DNA of 64,000 bases, taken from assembly GCA_958295875.1 (NCBI GenBank), contig OY282379.1, positions 2,569,046 to 2,633,045 on the forward strand, given 5' to 3'. Origin of the DNA: an uncultured Pseudomonadales bacterium (GTDB lineage Bacteria; Pseudomonadota; Gammaproteobacteria; Pseudomonadales; Azotimanducaceae). The notes under the pieces are model-generated. The model was not told where the DNA came from and ran no database searches. It was given only the letters and a program-made list of their open reading frames with translations. Of this stretch, positions 17,077-25,707 are shown piece after piece. Positions within the stretch are counted from its first letter, which is position 1, and each line of letters begins with the position of its first letter. The translations under genes and the position numbers were made by a program.

Positions 17077-18523
17077 CCTCGTCGAGTATCTCCTTGGCGC
17101 GCAGGAGAAATGCCGTCACCTTGCTTGGATAGTCCAAGTGCAGGGGCAGCATGGAGAGGAACAAGGACGCCTCGCCGAGCCGCATTGCGCGGAAGTCATA
17201 CGGCGTCTTGTGCGCGGCTTCCTTGAAGATGCCCTGCAGCGCCGGGTGATGCGGGTAGTTCATCAGCCGCAGGGTGGGCGCGTTGTCTGCGTCCAAGGCC
17301 AAGTCGAACATGCCGCCATTGATGAAGTCGTAGTCGCCGAGCACGCTGTGAGACACCTTGCAGTAGTCATACAAGGGGTTTGTCCACAGCGCTTCGGCGT
17401 CGCATGCACCCTTCGGGTCGATCAGCATCAGCAGCTGATTGTTCTGGTCATAGAGAATGTTGGAAAGGCATGGGTCGCCGTGGCCGATCACCGCGTGGTC
17501 GAGCGTCATCTGCCGTCGGTGTTGGCCATACAGCTTGAGGTAGCGCTCCAATTGGCTGGCCGCGCCCAGCCCGGCGAGCGGCAAGTTGGCCGCTAGCGCG
17601 TTGATGCGCCGGCCGGCGTCGTCCGCTAGGAACTGCTCTATCCGCGCCGTGGGCTTCTCGACAAACAGTTCCTCGGCCATGGCGCTTGCTTGCGCGCCGT
17701 CGCAGGGGCGGCGCGGGCGCTCTGCCAAGAAGAAGAACAAGCGTTCAAGGAACGCGGCGAAGCCATCCGCATCGAACGCGCCATGCGCCCAAGGCAAGGC
17801 GGCATCCGCCATGTAGTAGCGCAGCATCCGATAGGAGGCCCTGGCGCCGTCGTCTTGGAAATCGAACGGCTGCACGAGCCACGGCCGCATCGCCTCCGGC
17901 ACCAAGGCGTAGAACCTGTGTTCCGCCGCGATCTTGTCCCGGTCCGTGGACGATTTCACGCAGTGGTACTGATCCGTCTCCAGGCGGTTGAAGTGACGCG
18001 TGGCGGTGGAGGCGGCAAAGAGCGTGAGGAATTGGTTGAAATCCCCCAAGTCTTGCCCGGTGACGGACTCGAGCCGCGCGTAGCCCCGCCAAGGTTGTTC
18101 CCAAGCGCTGAGCGGCACCTGTTCGAAGCGCTGCCACTGTTCCATCAGGCCATGGGCGTCGTGCAGGAACACGATCAGCGGCCTATACAAGCGGTCTGCA
18201 AAGTTCTCCTTCGCGTAGGGCAGGCGTTCGATGAGTTGCGCCAACGCGCTTTGATTCGGCACCGCGGCGCGGGCGCAAACGATGAGCACCGCGGCGTCGT
18301 CGCTGCCTCGCTCCAGCGTCGAGCGCAGGCTCGCGACGGATTCGGCGTCCGTCAGGCGCAGCAGCTTGCCGGTGGCCCACGCCGGCAAGGTGGCGCGGAA
18401 GTGCTCGAACACCGGCCGGCGCTGGAACACGATGTCTCCATAGCGGCGGTCTCCCACCAACCGGCGCAAGGCATCGCTGACGGGCTCGCGGTCGTCAAGG
18501 ACGATGTGGATGTGGCGGTTCAT
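17063..18523 (-). CDS. Aminoglycoside/choline-kinase-fold phosphotransferase with N-terminal extension
   Basis: It has HGDPCLSNILYD...LMLIDPKG (the HxDxxxxN ... D catalytic signature of the APH/ChoK fold). ATG at 18523 forms an ATGA overlap with the upstream stop. Confidence 0.7.
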   Translation of the reverse strand: MNRHIHIVLDDREPVSDALRRLVGDRRYGDIVFQRRPVFEHFRATLPAWATGKLLRLTDAESVASLRSTLERGSDDAAVLIVCARAAVPNQSALAQLIERLPYAKENFADRLYRPLIVFLHDAHGLMEQWQRFEQVPLSAWEQPWRGYARLESVTGQDLGDFNQFLTLFAASTATRHFNRLETDQYHCVKSSTDRDKIAAEHRFYALVPEAMRPWLVQPFDFQDDGARASYRMLRYYMADAALPWAHGAFDADGFAAFLERLFFFLAERPRRPCDGAQASAMAEELFVEKPTARIEQFLADDAGRRINALAANLPLAGLGAASQLERYLKLYGQHRRQMTLDHAVIGHGDPCLSNILYDQNNQLLMLIDPKGACDAEALWTNPLYDYCKVSHSVLGDYDFINGGMFDLALDADNAPTLRLMNYPHHPALQGIFKEAAHKTPYDFRAMRLGEASLFLSMLPLHLDYPSKVTAFLLRAKEILDEVERG

Positions 18524-19404
18524 GGCGTGGCGGCGCCGCGTCCGCGCATCCACCACAGCGGCAGTGCAGCCAGCGCGGCTAGCGCGATGAGGGTTGCTGA
18601 GCGGTGCGCTTCAAAGCTCGGCGCGAAGCCCTGCCCGTTCATGGAGAAGCCAGCCAGAAAGCCATCGGCAAACATGGCGCCAAGGCTTGTTTCCTGATGG
18701 GTGAAGGTGGCCAGCAATTGCCAGAAGGCTAGCAGTTCCAAAGCCCACACAAACACCGAGAGCAAGAGGAAGGCGACCCAGCGGCCGCGGATGGAGTTGC
18801 GCACTTCCGCTTCCAAGCCGAACAAGAACTCGCCGGCGCGCAGAATGTGCAGGTCTCGCCGTTGCCGGCGGCCGTTCAGCACTAAGTGGTGATTCAGAAA
18901 ATAGAGCAGTTTGGACAGCGCAAAGAGCGAGAACAGCGCCAACGAGATGCCAAGCACCATCACTGCGAGCACACCCTTGGATTGGGCGGCGATGTTGCCT
19001 TCCAACAGGAAGAAGCCGGCGAGCACCGCCGTCAACACCACCAGGTCGCCGAAGCGCTCCACCAGCCACACGGCCAACGCCTTGCGGCGGTAGCCAAAGA
19101 CGTGAAAGAACGCGGCGAGGCGCAGGAACTCGCCAATCTTGAATGGCAGCAGGCTGCAAGGGAAGGCGGTGAGGCCGTGGCACAAGATGAGCGGCGCCAC
19201 CCGTTCGCGCTCATCCAAGGCCAACAGGCCGAGGCGCAACATGCGCAGCGCATGGGCCGTGAGGTACAGCGCCCCGGCCGTGAGGGCCGGCAGGGCAGGG
19301 GCGAGGATGGCGGCTGCGGCCAAGTCCTCAAACCGGGGCGCCGCCCAAGCCACCACGAGGCCGGCCAGCGCCACGAGGTAGATGAGGGGAATGCGCGCCG
19401 TCAC
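18520..19404 (-). CDS. Polytopic membrane protein, flippase-like (lysyl-PG-synthase TM-region-like)
   Basis: It has about 8 hydrophobic helices. It overlaps the GT2 gene stop by 4 nt, a pairing common for polyprenyl-phosphate glycosyltransferases. Confidence 0.55.
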   Translation of the reverse strand: MTARIPLIYLVALAGLVVAWAAPRFEDLAAAAILAPALPALTAGALYLTAHALRMLRLGLLALDERERVAPLILCHGLTAFPCSLLPFKIGEFLRLAAFFHVFGYRRKALAVWLVERFGDLVVLTAVLAGFFLLEGNIAAQSKGVLAVMVLGISLALFSLFALSKLLYFLNHHLVLNGRRQRRDLHILRAGEFLFGLEAEVRNSIRGRWVAFLLLSVFVWALELLAFWQLLATFTHQETSLGAMFADGFLAGFSMNGQGFAPSFEAHRSATLIALAALAALPLWWMRGRGAATP

Positions 19405-20279
19405 GGTGCAGCGGGCGTCGCTTGCGGAGCGGCTTCAAACATCACTTCGCCAGTGTATTCTGCGATTGGCCGTTCGCGCATGTCCGTGGCGAGAAAGGTG
19501 CCGCGCCACACCATGAAGCGCAGCAGCAGGCCGAGCACGCGCGCTGCTTGGCGCACGAGCCGCACATTGGAAACCTGATCTGCCTCGCGCCAAGTGATGG
19601 GGAAGAAGGCCACGCGCTGCCGCAGGTGGCAGCTCGCCAGCAACATCACATAGTTGAAGGTGAGGTCATCTGGGAACTTGATGTAATGGCGGCTCTTGAA
19701 CGCGGCGAGGCGGTAGAGGTTCAGGCCGGACCCCAAGTCCTGCACGTGCCGCCCCACCGCGGCGCTGAAGAGCAGGTTGTAGACGCGGTTGCCGGTGGCG
19801 CGCAAATGCGAGTATCCCTCCAAGGTGCTCTGGGGCATGAAGCGGGCGCCAAGCAAGCAATCGACGCTTGCGTGGGCGCCGCGCCCGAGCGCCGCCACCA
19901 TGTCTTGAATGCAGGCTTGGTCGTCTCCATGCAGCACGATGAGGTAGTCGAAGCCGTGCTCTAGGCCATAGCCGAAGGCGACCTTGTGCGAGCCGCCCAA
20001 GCCGTAGTTTCCGGCGTTGCGCCAAGCGACGAATCGGCAGTGCTTGAGGCGTTGCCGGCCGCGCTCGATGGCGGTTTCCAAGGTGCCATCCGGCGAGCGG
20101 TTATCGACCAGCAGCACCGTGTGTATCCGCCGCTGCGTTGCATCGTCGAACTGGTCGAGCACCCGCTTTACCTGCTGCTCGCACCGATAGGCGGGAATGA
20201 AGACGAGGAGCTTTGCCTTCGGGCCAAGCGCTGCGTCGTTTCCCGCTGCGCTCTGCCGAGCCGCATGCGCTTCGCCCAT
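19401..20279 (-). CDS. Glycosyltransferase family 2 (polyprenyl-phosphate sugar synthase-like)
   Basis: It has LLVFIPAYRCEQQVKRVLDQF, VLLVDNRSPDGT and VLHGDDQ (DxD-type) motifs. Confidence 0.8.
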   Translation of the reverse strand: MGEAHAARQSAAGNDAALGPKAKLLVFIPAYRCEQQVKRVLDQFDDATQRRIHTVLLVDNRSPDGTLETAIERGRQRLKHCRFVAWRNAGNYGLGGSHKVAFGYGLEHGFDYLIVLHGDDQACIQDMVAALGRGAHASVDCLLGARFMPQSTLEGYSHLRATGNRVYNLLFSAAVGRHVQDLGSGLNLYRLAAFKSRHYIKFPDDLTFNYVMLLASCHLRQRVAFFPITWREADQVSNVRLVRQAARVLGLLLRFMVWRGTFLATDMRERPIAEYTGEVMFEAAPQATPAAP

Positions 20280-20372
20280 GCCCGCCGTTCCCCGCTTGCG
20301 GCGACTACCAAGGCTTGCATTATGCCAAGCAACGTCGCCGCCTTGGCGGCTGTGGTGAGGAAGGCCGCGGCG

Positions 20373-21692
20373 CTACAGGTCGTAGCCGCGCTCGTTGTGC
20401 AGCACGAGGTCTAGCCCCTCGGTCTCTTGCTCGTCCGTCACGCGGTTGCCGGTGAGGGCATCAACCACCTTCAAGATGACGAAGGTGGCGATGGCAGTGT
20501 AGGCGAGCGTGGCCAAGGCGCCTACCGCCTGCACGCCGAGCTGGGCGCCGATGTCGATGTCCTCTTGGCCGCTGAACACGCCAAGCGCTTTGCTGGCGAA
20601 GACGCCGGTGAGCACGGTGCCGAGCACGCCGCCGATGCCATGCACCGGGAACACGTCCAAGGAATCGTCGATGCGCAGCGTGCGCTTCATGAAGTTGGTG
20701 GCGCCGAAGCAGACGATGCCGGCCGCAAGGCCAATCACCAGCGCCCCGGCAGGCCCGACGAAACCGGATGCCGGCGTGATGGTGCCGAGGCCGGCGACCA
20801 TGCCCGTCACCGCGCCGAGCGCGCTCGGCTTGCCGAAGCGCAGCCACTCCGCCACCATCCACGCAAAGGCCCCGGCCGCGGCCGAAATGTGCGTCACGGT
20901 GATGGCCATCGCCGCGTCGCCGTTGGCGGCCAGCGCGCTGCCGCCGTTGAAGCCGAACCAGCCCACCCACAACATGCCGGCGCCGGCCACCGTCAGCGTC
21001 ATGTTGTGGGGCGCCATCATCGTTCCCGGGAAGCCGCGTCTGGAGCCGAGGGTGATGGCGGCCACCACCGCCGCGGTGCCGGCGGTGATGTGTACGACGG
21101 TGCCGCCGGCAAAGTCCATCAGGCCGAGTTCCTGCAGCCAGCCGCCGCCCCACACCCAATGGCAGATGGGCGCGTAGACCAAGAGCGACCACAGCGTGGT
21201 GAAGATGAGCACGGAGGAAAACCGCATCCGTTCCGCGAAGCCGCCGACGATCAGGGCAGGCGTGATGATGGCGAACGTCAACTGGAAGGTGGCGAAGGCG
21301 GATTCCGGGATGGTGCCGCTCAACGCATCTTCGCCGACACCAGCGAACAACGCCTTCGAGAAGCCGCCGACGAAGGCGTTGCCAGCATCGAATGCCAAGC
21401 TATAGCCGACGAGGAGCCAAAGGATGGTGACGAGGCAGCAGATGGCGAAGCACTGCATCAGCACGCTCAGCACATTGCGAGTGCGCACGAGGCCAGCGTA
21501 GAAGAGCGAGAGCCCCGGAATGGTCATGAACAAGACGAGGGCGGTGGAACTCAACACCCACGCGGTGTCGCCGCCATCAAGTGTGTCTGCGAGGGCTGCC
21601 GGAGCGGCCCCCAGCGCCAACCCTGCGGCCGCCATCCGCAGGCGGCGCAACCTGCTTGCCCGGCTGCCCGCCCCGTCGCGCTGGTTCTGCAT
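20373..21692 (-). CDS. amt: Ammonium transporter
   Basis: Amt/MEP signatures include DTAWVLSSTALVLFMTIPGLSLFYAG, DFAGGTVVHITAG and GVLGTVLTGVFA. The start is uncertain (ATG 21692 or 21635). Confidence 0.85.
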   Translation of the reverse strand: MQNQRDGAGSRASRLRRLRMAAAGLALGAAPAALADTLDGGDTAWVLSSTALVLFMTIPGLSLFYAGLVRTRNVLSVLMQCFAICCLVTILWLLVGYSLAFDAGNAFVGGFSKALFAGVGEDALSGTIPESAFATFQLTFAIITPALIVGGFAERMRFSSVLIFTTLWSLLVYAPICHWVWGGGWLQELGLMDFAGGTVVHITAGTAAVVAAITLGSRRGFPGTMMAPHNMTLTVAGAGMLWVGWFGFNGGSALAANGDAAMAITVTHISAAAGAFAWMVAEWLRFGKPSALGAVTGMVAGLGTITPASGFVGPAGALVIGLAAGIVCFGATNFMKRTLRIDDSLDVFPVHGIGGVLGTVLTGVFASKALGVFSGQEDIDIGAQLGVQAVGALATLAYTAIATFVILKVVDALTGNRVTDEQETEGLDLVLHNERGYDL

Positions 21693-21775
21693 CGTCCCCT
21701 GCACCTCGTCAAACACGCGAAAGGCGAAACTTAACGGTTTGTCACCCGGCAATCCAGTTGCGCGGGCGGGTGTCG

Positions 21776-21812
21776 TTGTCAACGCAAAGCAGAGATGTCC
21801 CCTTTTGCCGGC
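21776..21812 (+). repeat. Solo IS-end-like repeat, second copy
   Basis: The sequence is TTGTCAACGCAAAGCAGAGATGTCCCCTTTTGCCGGC. It matches 226..263 with a single T indel and lies between the amt 5-prime region and the pyrD 3-prime end. Confidence 0.6.
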
Positions 21813-21851
21813 GAACGCGGCGCATGAATGCGCCGGCGCGGATCGAGCCTT

Positions 21852-22946
21852 CTATCCCGCCGGTTCGGGTGCGCGCCCGCCGGCCCGATGTGCGCCCAAC
21901 TCGTCCTCGCCGCCGCTGGCCCGCCGGTGTGGCTGCCGCGCAGCGACGTCGCGCAACTCGCGCAAAAGCCCCGGGCCCCTGAACACCAAGCTGGTGTAAA
22001 TCTGCAGGAGGTCTGCTCCGGCATCGAACATGGCCTGCGCCGTATGGCCATCATGGATGCCGCCCACGCCGATGATGGGGAACTCGGGCCCCAAAGCGCC
22101 GCGCAACGTGCGCACGGCCTGCATCGCCAGCGGGAACAGTGGGGTGCCGCTCAAGCCACCTGCCTGCGCCGCGAAGCTGGGCTTGAGGGTGGCGGGGCGA
22201 CGGATGCTGGTGTTGGTGGCGATGACGCCATCCAAGCGCGTGTTCCGCAGCACCGCGGCGATCTCTTGCAAGCCGTTCGCGTCCAGGTCTGGCGACACCT
22301 TCGCCACCAAGGGAACGTGGCGCCCGCTTGCGGCGTCGAGCGCATCCCGCTCGCGGACGACCGCGCCGAGCAGGGTGCTGGCGGGTCTGGTCGATTGCAG
22401 CGAGCGCAGGCCGACGGTGTTCGGCGAGGAGAGGTTCAGCGTCACATAGTCTGCGTATGGATGGACGGCGCGCAGGCATGTGAGGTAATCCTGCGTCGCG
22501 CTCGCCAACGGCGTGGCTTGGTTCTTGCCGATGTTCACTCCCAGCTTGGCGGCGAGCGGCCCGCGGCGGCGCAGCCGCGCCAAGCGCGCTCGCATGGCTT
22601 CGACGCCGGCGCTGTTGAACCCCAAGCGGTTGATGAGGGCTGCATCGGCAGCGGAGCGGAACAGGCGCGGGCGAGGGTTGCCAAACTGCGGCCGAGGCGT
22701 CACGGTGCCCACTTCCACAAAGCCGAAGCCGAGGCTGGCGAAGCCGCGCGGCGCCAGCGCGTCCTTGTCGAGCCCCGCTGCGAGGCCGATGCGGTTCGAG
22801 AACGAGATGCCCATGATGTTGATGCCGCGGACGGGCGCTCGGCGTTGCGGCGCCACGCTTCCCCACGCGGCCATCGCGCTCACCGCCAATCGGTGCGCGG
22901 CCTCTGGGGGCAGCGCGAAGAGCAGTTGGCGCAGCAGCGGATACAC
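21852..22946 (-). CDS. pyrD: Dihydroorotate dehydrogenase (quinone)
   Basis: (V)YPLLRQLLFALPPEAAHRL, GLAAGLDKD, GFGFVEVGTVTP, NLSSPNT and GGLSG are class 2 DHODH motifs. GTG at 22946 is in frame within the 673-aa ORF; the upstream part of that ORF is not DHODH-like. Confidence 0.85.
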   Translation of the reverse strand: MYPLLRQLLFALPPEAAHRLAVSAMAAWGSVAPQRRAPVRGINIMGISFSNRIGLAAGLDKDALAPRGFASLGFGFVEVGTVTPRPQFGNPRPRLFRSAADAALINRLGFNSAGVEAMRARLARLRRRGPLAAKLGVNIGKNQATPLASATQDYLTCLRAVHPYADYVTLNLSSPNTVGLRSLQSTRPASTLLGAVVRERDALDAASGRHVPLVAKVSPDLDANGLQEIAAVLRNTRLDGVIATNTSIRRPATLKPSFAAQAGGLSGTPLFPLAMQAVRTLRGALGPEFPIIGVGGIHDGHTAQAMFDAGADLLQIYTSLVFRGPGLLRELRDVAARQPHRRASGGEDELGAHRAGGRAPEPAG

Positions 22947-23087
22947 GGGCGCGGCGGCGGACGCCTCGTTTTCGCAGGATGGCCGGATGATAGCCCTGAA
23001 GCCCGCGGCGGCGTCGCGCAGCGTGTCAAGATGCGTCCCGCGACCATGCGCTGAAGGCAAACGGAACCTTGGCGCGCGCGTTGGCCG

Positions 23088-24245
23088 ATGTGGTGGTTGG
23101 CGTCCCAGGGGAGGCGCGCTGCGGCCGGGCGTGGTGATGGCGGCGGTGAACCCTTGACTGCACGGCGCGTCACGTTGACGGCGAAGGCCGAGAGTTGGCC
23201 GATCGCCGGCACCTTCAACATTGCCCGCGGTGCCAAGACGCAAGCGGACGTGGTGGTGGCGACGGTGAACGACGGCGCGTTCACGGGGCAGGGCGAGTGC
23301 GTGCCTTATCCGCGTTATGGCGAGACCGTGGGCGGCGTCGTCGAGGAGATTGAAGCCTTCGCGGCAGGTTTGGTTGCGGGTGCGGAGGTGACGGATGCGG
23401 CGCGGCTGCGCGGCGCCCTGTTGCAGGCGTTGCCAGCAGGGGCCGCCCGCAACGCGGTGGACTGCGCGTTGTGGGATTTGCAAGCCAAGCAGTCTGGCAG
23501 ACCGGTGTGGGAGCTTGCTGGCGTGCCGGCGCCGCCGCCGGTCGTCACTGCCTACACGCTGAGCTTGGGCAGCCCCGCGGCGATGGGTGAGGCAGCTCGG
23601 CGCCATGCTGGGCGACGCTTGCTCAAAGTGAAGTTGGGCGGTGGCCCGCAGGACGACATCGAACGCTTGCGGGCGGTGCGGCGCGGGGCGCCGGCAGCGC
23701 GTCTCATCGTGGACGCGAACGAGGGCTGGTCCATGCGAGACCTGCGTGTCGTCGCGCCCGCCGCGGCCGAACTTGGCGTGGCGCTCATCGAGCAGCCGCT
23801 GCCCGCCGCTGCCGACGATGCCCTCATCGGCTATCAATCGCCCGTGCCGCTCGGCGCGGATGAGAGTTGCCACGGAGACTTCGGCTTAGCCGCTCGGTCG
23901 GCGGACGCGGCCGGTGGTGCGGCAGACGCGGCCGGCCGCTCGGCCGGATTGGCAACCCTGGCCGCCAAGTACGCCGTGCTCAACGTCAAGCTGGACAAGG
24001 CCGGCGGCCTCACCAGTGCGCTCGCCCTCGCCGCGCAGGCGCGTTCCCACGGCGTCGGCGTGATGATCGGGTGCATGGTCGCCACCTCGCTGGCCATGGC
24101 GCCGGCGCTCCTGTTGGCAGATGGCGCACGCTTTGTGGACCTTGACGGGCCGCTGCTCTTGGCCCAAGACCGCCCAGAAGGGCTCGTCTACGCCGGGCAA
24201 ACCGTGGCCCTGCCGCCCCGTGGGGGCTGGGGCCGGCCTGAGTAG
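23088..24245 (+). CDS. Enolase-superfamily dipeptide epimerase (L-Ala-D/L-Glu epimerase-like)
   Basis: ESWPIAGTFNIARGAKTQADVVVATV..GQGECVPYPRYGET and VNVKLDKAGGLT resemble YcjG-type epimerases. The true start is probably TTG at 23154, judged from the family N-terminus. Confidence 0.75.
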   Translation: MWWLASQGRRAAAGRGDGGGEPLTARRVTLTAKAESWPIAGTFNIARGAKTQADVVVATVNDGAFTGQGECVPYPRYGETVGGVVEEIEAFAAGLVAGAEVTDAARLRGALLQALPAGAARNAVDCALWDLQAKQSGRPVWELAGVPAPPPVVTAYTLSLGSPAAMGEAARRHAGRRLLKVKLGGGPQDDIERLRAVRRGAPAARLIVDANEGWSMRDLRVVAPAAAELGVALIEQPLPAAADDALIGYQSPVPLGADESCHGDFGLAARSADAAGGAADAAGRSAGLATLAAKYAVLNVKLDKAGGLTSALALAAQARSHGVGVMIGCMVATSLAMAPALLLADGARFVDLDGPLLLAQDRPEGLVYAGQTVALPPRGGWGRPE

Positions 24246-24539
24246 GCGTGTGCTCGGGCTCGGCCTCGCCATCTTCGTGTTCCGGGCACTGTTCCCTCGC
24301 GGCAGGACCGGCGCATGTGCGTCGCCTTGGGCACCACACACGTCGGCGAGATCGATGATTGTCCCTACGGTAGCTGGATGCGCACAGCAGCGTTCCAAAG
24401 CGAGGCCGGCCTGCTGCCTTGGCATGGCAGATGTCTTTGATTTGCGTGAGACATCCGCCCGGCGTGGCGTTTGGGCGGGAATTGGCCCGGTGGATGGCGC
24501 ACAGTTGGCACCCCGCAGCCCGACGCCGCCGGAAGACCG

Positions 24540-25607
24540 ATGCAGGCCAGCGACGCGCCGTACAAGGTGCTGTTCCAAGACCGGCGCCTCTTCGAGGAGA
24601 CCGTGCGGCTGGTCGCCCCGCGGCTGGCCGACGGGCTGGACTTCGACGCCGCCGCGTCGCTGGACAAGGAGCACCTGACGGCGCTGGCGCGCACCCGCGT
24701 GCAGGACAAGCTGCGGCGCGTCGAGCGCAAGTCGGGGAAGCTGGCGAACGGCCGCCGCCGCTACGTCCTGGCGCTGCTCGAGTTCCAGTCCGGCCACGAC
24801 GCGGACATGGCTTGGCGGATGCGGGACTACCTGCACCTGGTGGAGTCCGGCCTGCGCCAGTCGGGCACGGCGCAGGCGGAGGGGGAGGTGCCGGGGATGC
24901 TGTCGGTCGTGGTCCACAACGGCGAGCGGCCGTGGCGGGCGTCGGCGGAGTGCGCGGGCCCGCTGACCGGCGACGCTGAGCCGGCGCAGGTGCGGATGTA
25001 TGCTACGGTGGACTTGCAGGTGCTGGCGCGGGGCGCGGACGGCGCGGGCCGGCGGCTGGTTCCGGGCGGCTGCCTGGCGACCTTGGCGGAGTTGGAGTCG
25101 TCGCCGGCGGAGGCTTTGCCGAAGCTGCTGCTGGAGGCGTTCCGGCGCCACGCTGGGGCGGGTTCGTCCGAGTTCCGCCGCGGGCTGCACCTGCGGGTGG
25201 AGTCCGCGCTGGAGCGGCGCGGTGCGGCGGCGGGCCTGCCGCCGCTGGCAGACTTCGAGCGGGCGCTCACGGAGAGAGGAGGAGAGCGGATGACGGCGAT
25301 GTTGGACGCGACGCTGGCGCGATGGGAAGAATCGAAGGTCGCGCAGGGCGTGGAGCGCGGTTTGGCTCAGGGCATTGAGCGTGGCCGGGCACAGGGGGTC
25401 GAGCGTGGCCTAGCCCAAGGGCGCGTGGCCCTGCTTGGGCGGATGGCGGAGCGGCGCTTCGGCGCGGGCGTGGCGGGCCAAGTGACGGCGCTGCTGGCGG
25501 ATGAGACGGACCTGTCGCGCCTGGACGAGGCCGGCGAATGGCTGCTCGAGTGCGACACTGGCGAGGCATTGCTCTCGCGGCTCGCAGGGCGCCCGCCACG
25601 CGGCTGA
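24540..25607 (+). CDS. Rpn family recombination-promoting nuclease / putative transposase (YhgA-like), paralog type 2, copy A
   Basis: MQASDAPYKVLFQDRRLFEETVRLVAP, LALLEFQSGHDADMAWRMRDYL and an 8-aa AQG[VI]ERG[LR] repeat are followed by ALLGRMAERRFG...GEALLSRL (DUF4351-like). Confidence 0.8.
   Translation: MQASDAPYKVLFQDRRLFEETVRLVAPRLADGLDFDAAASLDKEHLTALARTRVQDKLRRVERKSGKLANGRRRYVLALLEFQSGHDADMAWRMRDYLHLVESGLRQSGTAQAEGEVPGMLSVVVHNGERPWRASAECAGPLTGDAEPAQVRMYATVDLQVLARGADGAGRRLVPGGCLATLAELESSPAEALPKLLLEAFRRHAGAGSSEFRRGLHLRVESALERRGAAAGLPPLADFERALTERGGERMTAMLDATLARWEESKVAQGVERGLAQGIERGRAQGVERGLAQGRVALLGRMAERRFGAGVAGQVTALLADETDLSRLDEAGEWLLECDTGEALLSRLAGRPPRG
25277..25292 (+). promoter_or_regulatory. 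Internal in-frame RBS plus ATG inside Rpn gene
   Basis: AGGAGG at 25277..25282, a 7-nt spacer, then ATG at 25290, in frame (codon 251). It would give a 105-aa C-terminal protein, MTAMLDATLARW.... Confidence 0.5.
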
Positions 25608-25707
25608 CGGCAAGCGCGATGGCCTGCGCCTGTGCATGGAGTCCGCGCTGAAGCGTTGGGGCTTGGCAGCGGGACCGCGGGCGCTCGCGGAGAGAGGAGG
25701 AGAGCGG

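Noticed and set aside
20427-21734. A long ORF (435 aa) lies antisense to the ammonium transporter. Similar shadow ORFs lie opposite pyrD (21828..23054), typA (47051..49180), the IS481 transposase (29829..30863), the Rpn genes (23886..25190, 36824..37858), the porin (52634..54460) and the POT transporter (61099..62385).
   Set aside because: These are Arg/Ala/Gly/Pro-rich translations with no recognisable motifs. They are typical stop-poor antisense frames in very high-GC DNA, and the opposite strand carries clear family signatures in each case.
21852-23873. A 673-aa ORF that might be read as a single large gene.
   Set aside because: Only the last 364 codons are DHODH-like. The upstream 309 codons are low-complexity. 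They also overlap the well-supported dipeptide epimerase gene on the other strand. The GTG at 22946 matches the family N-terminus.
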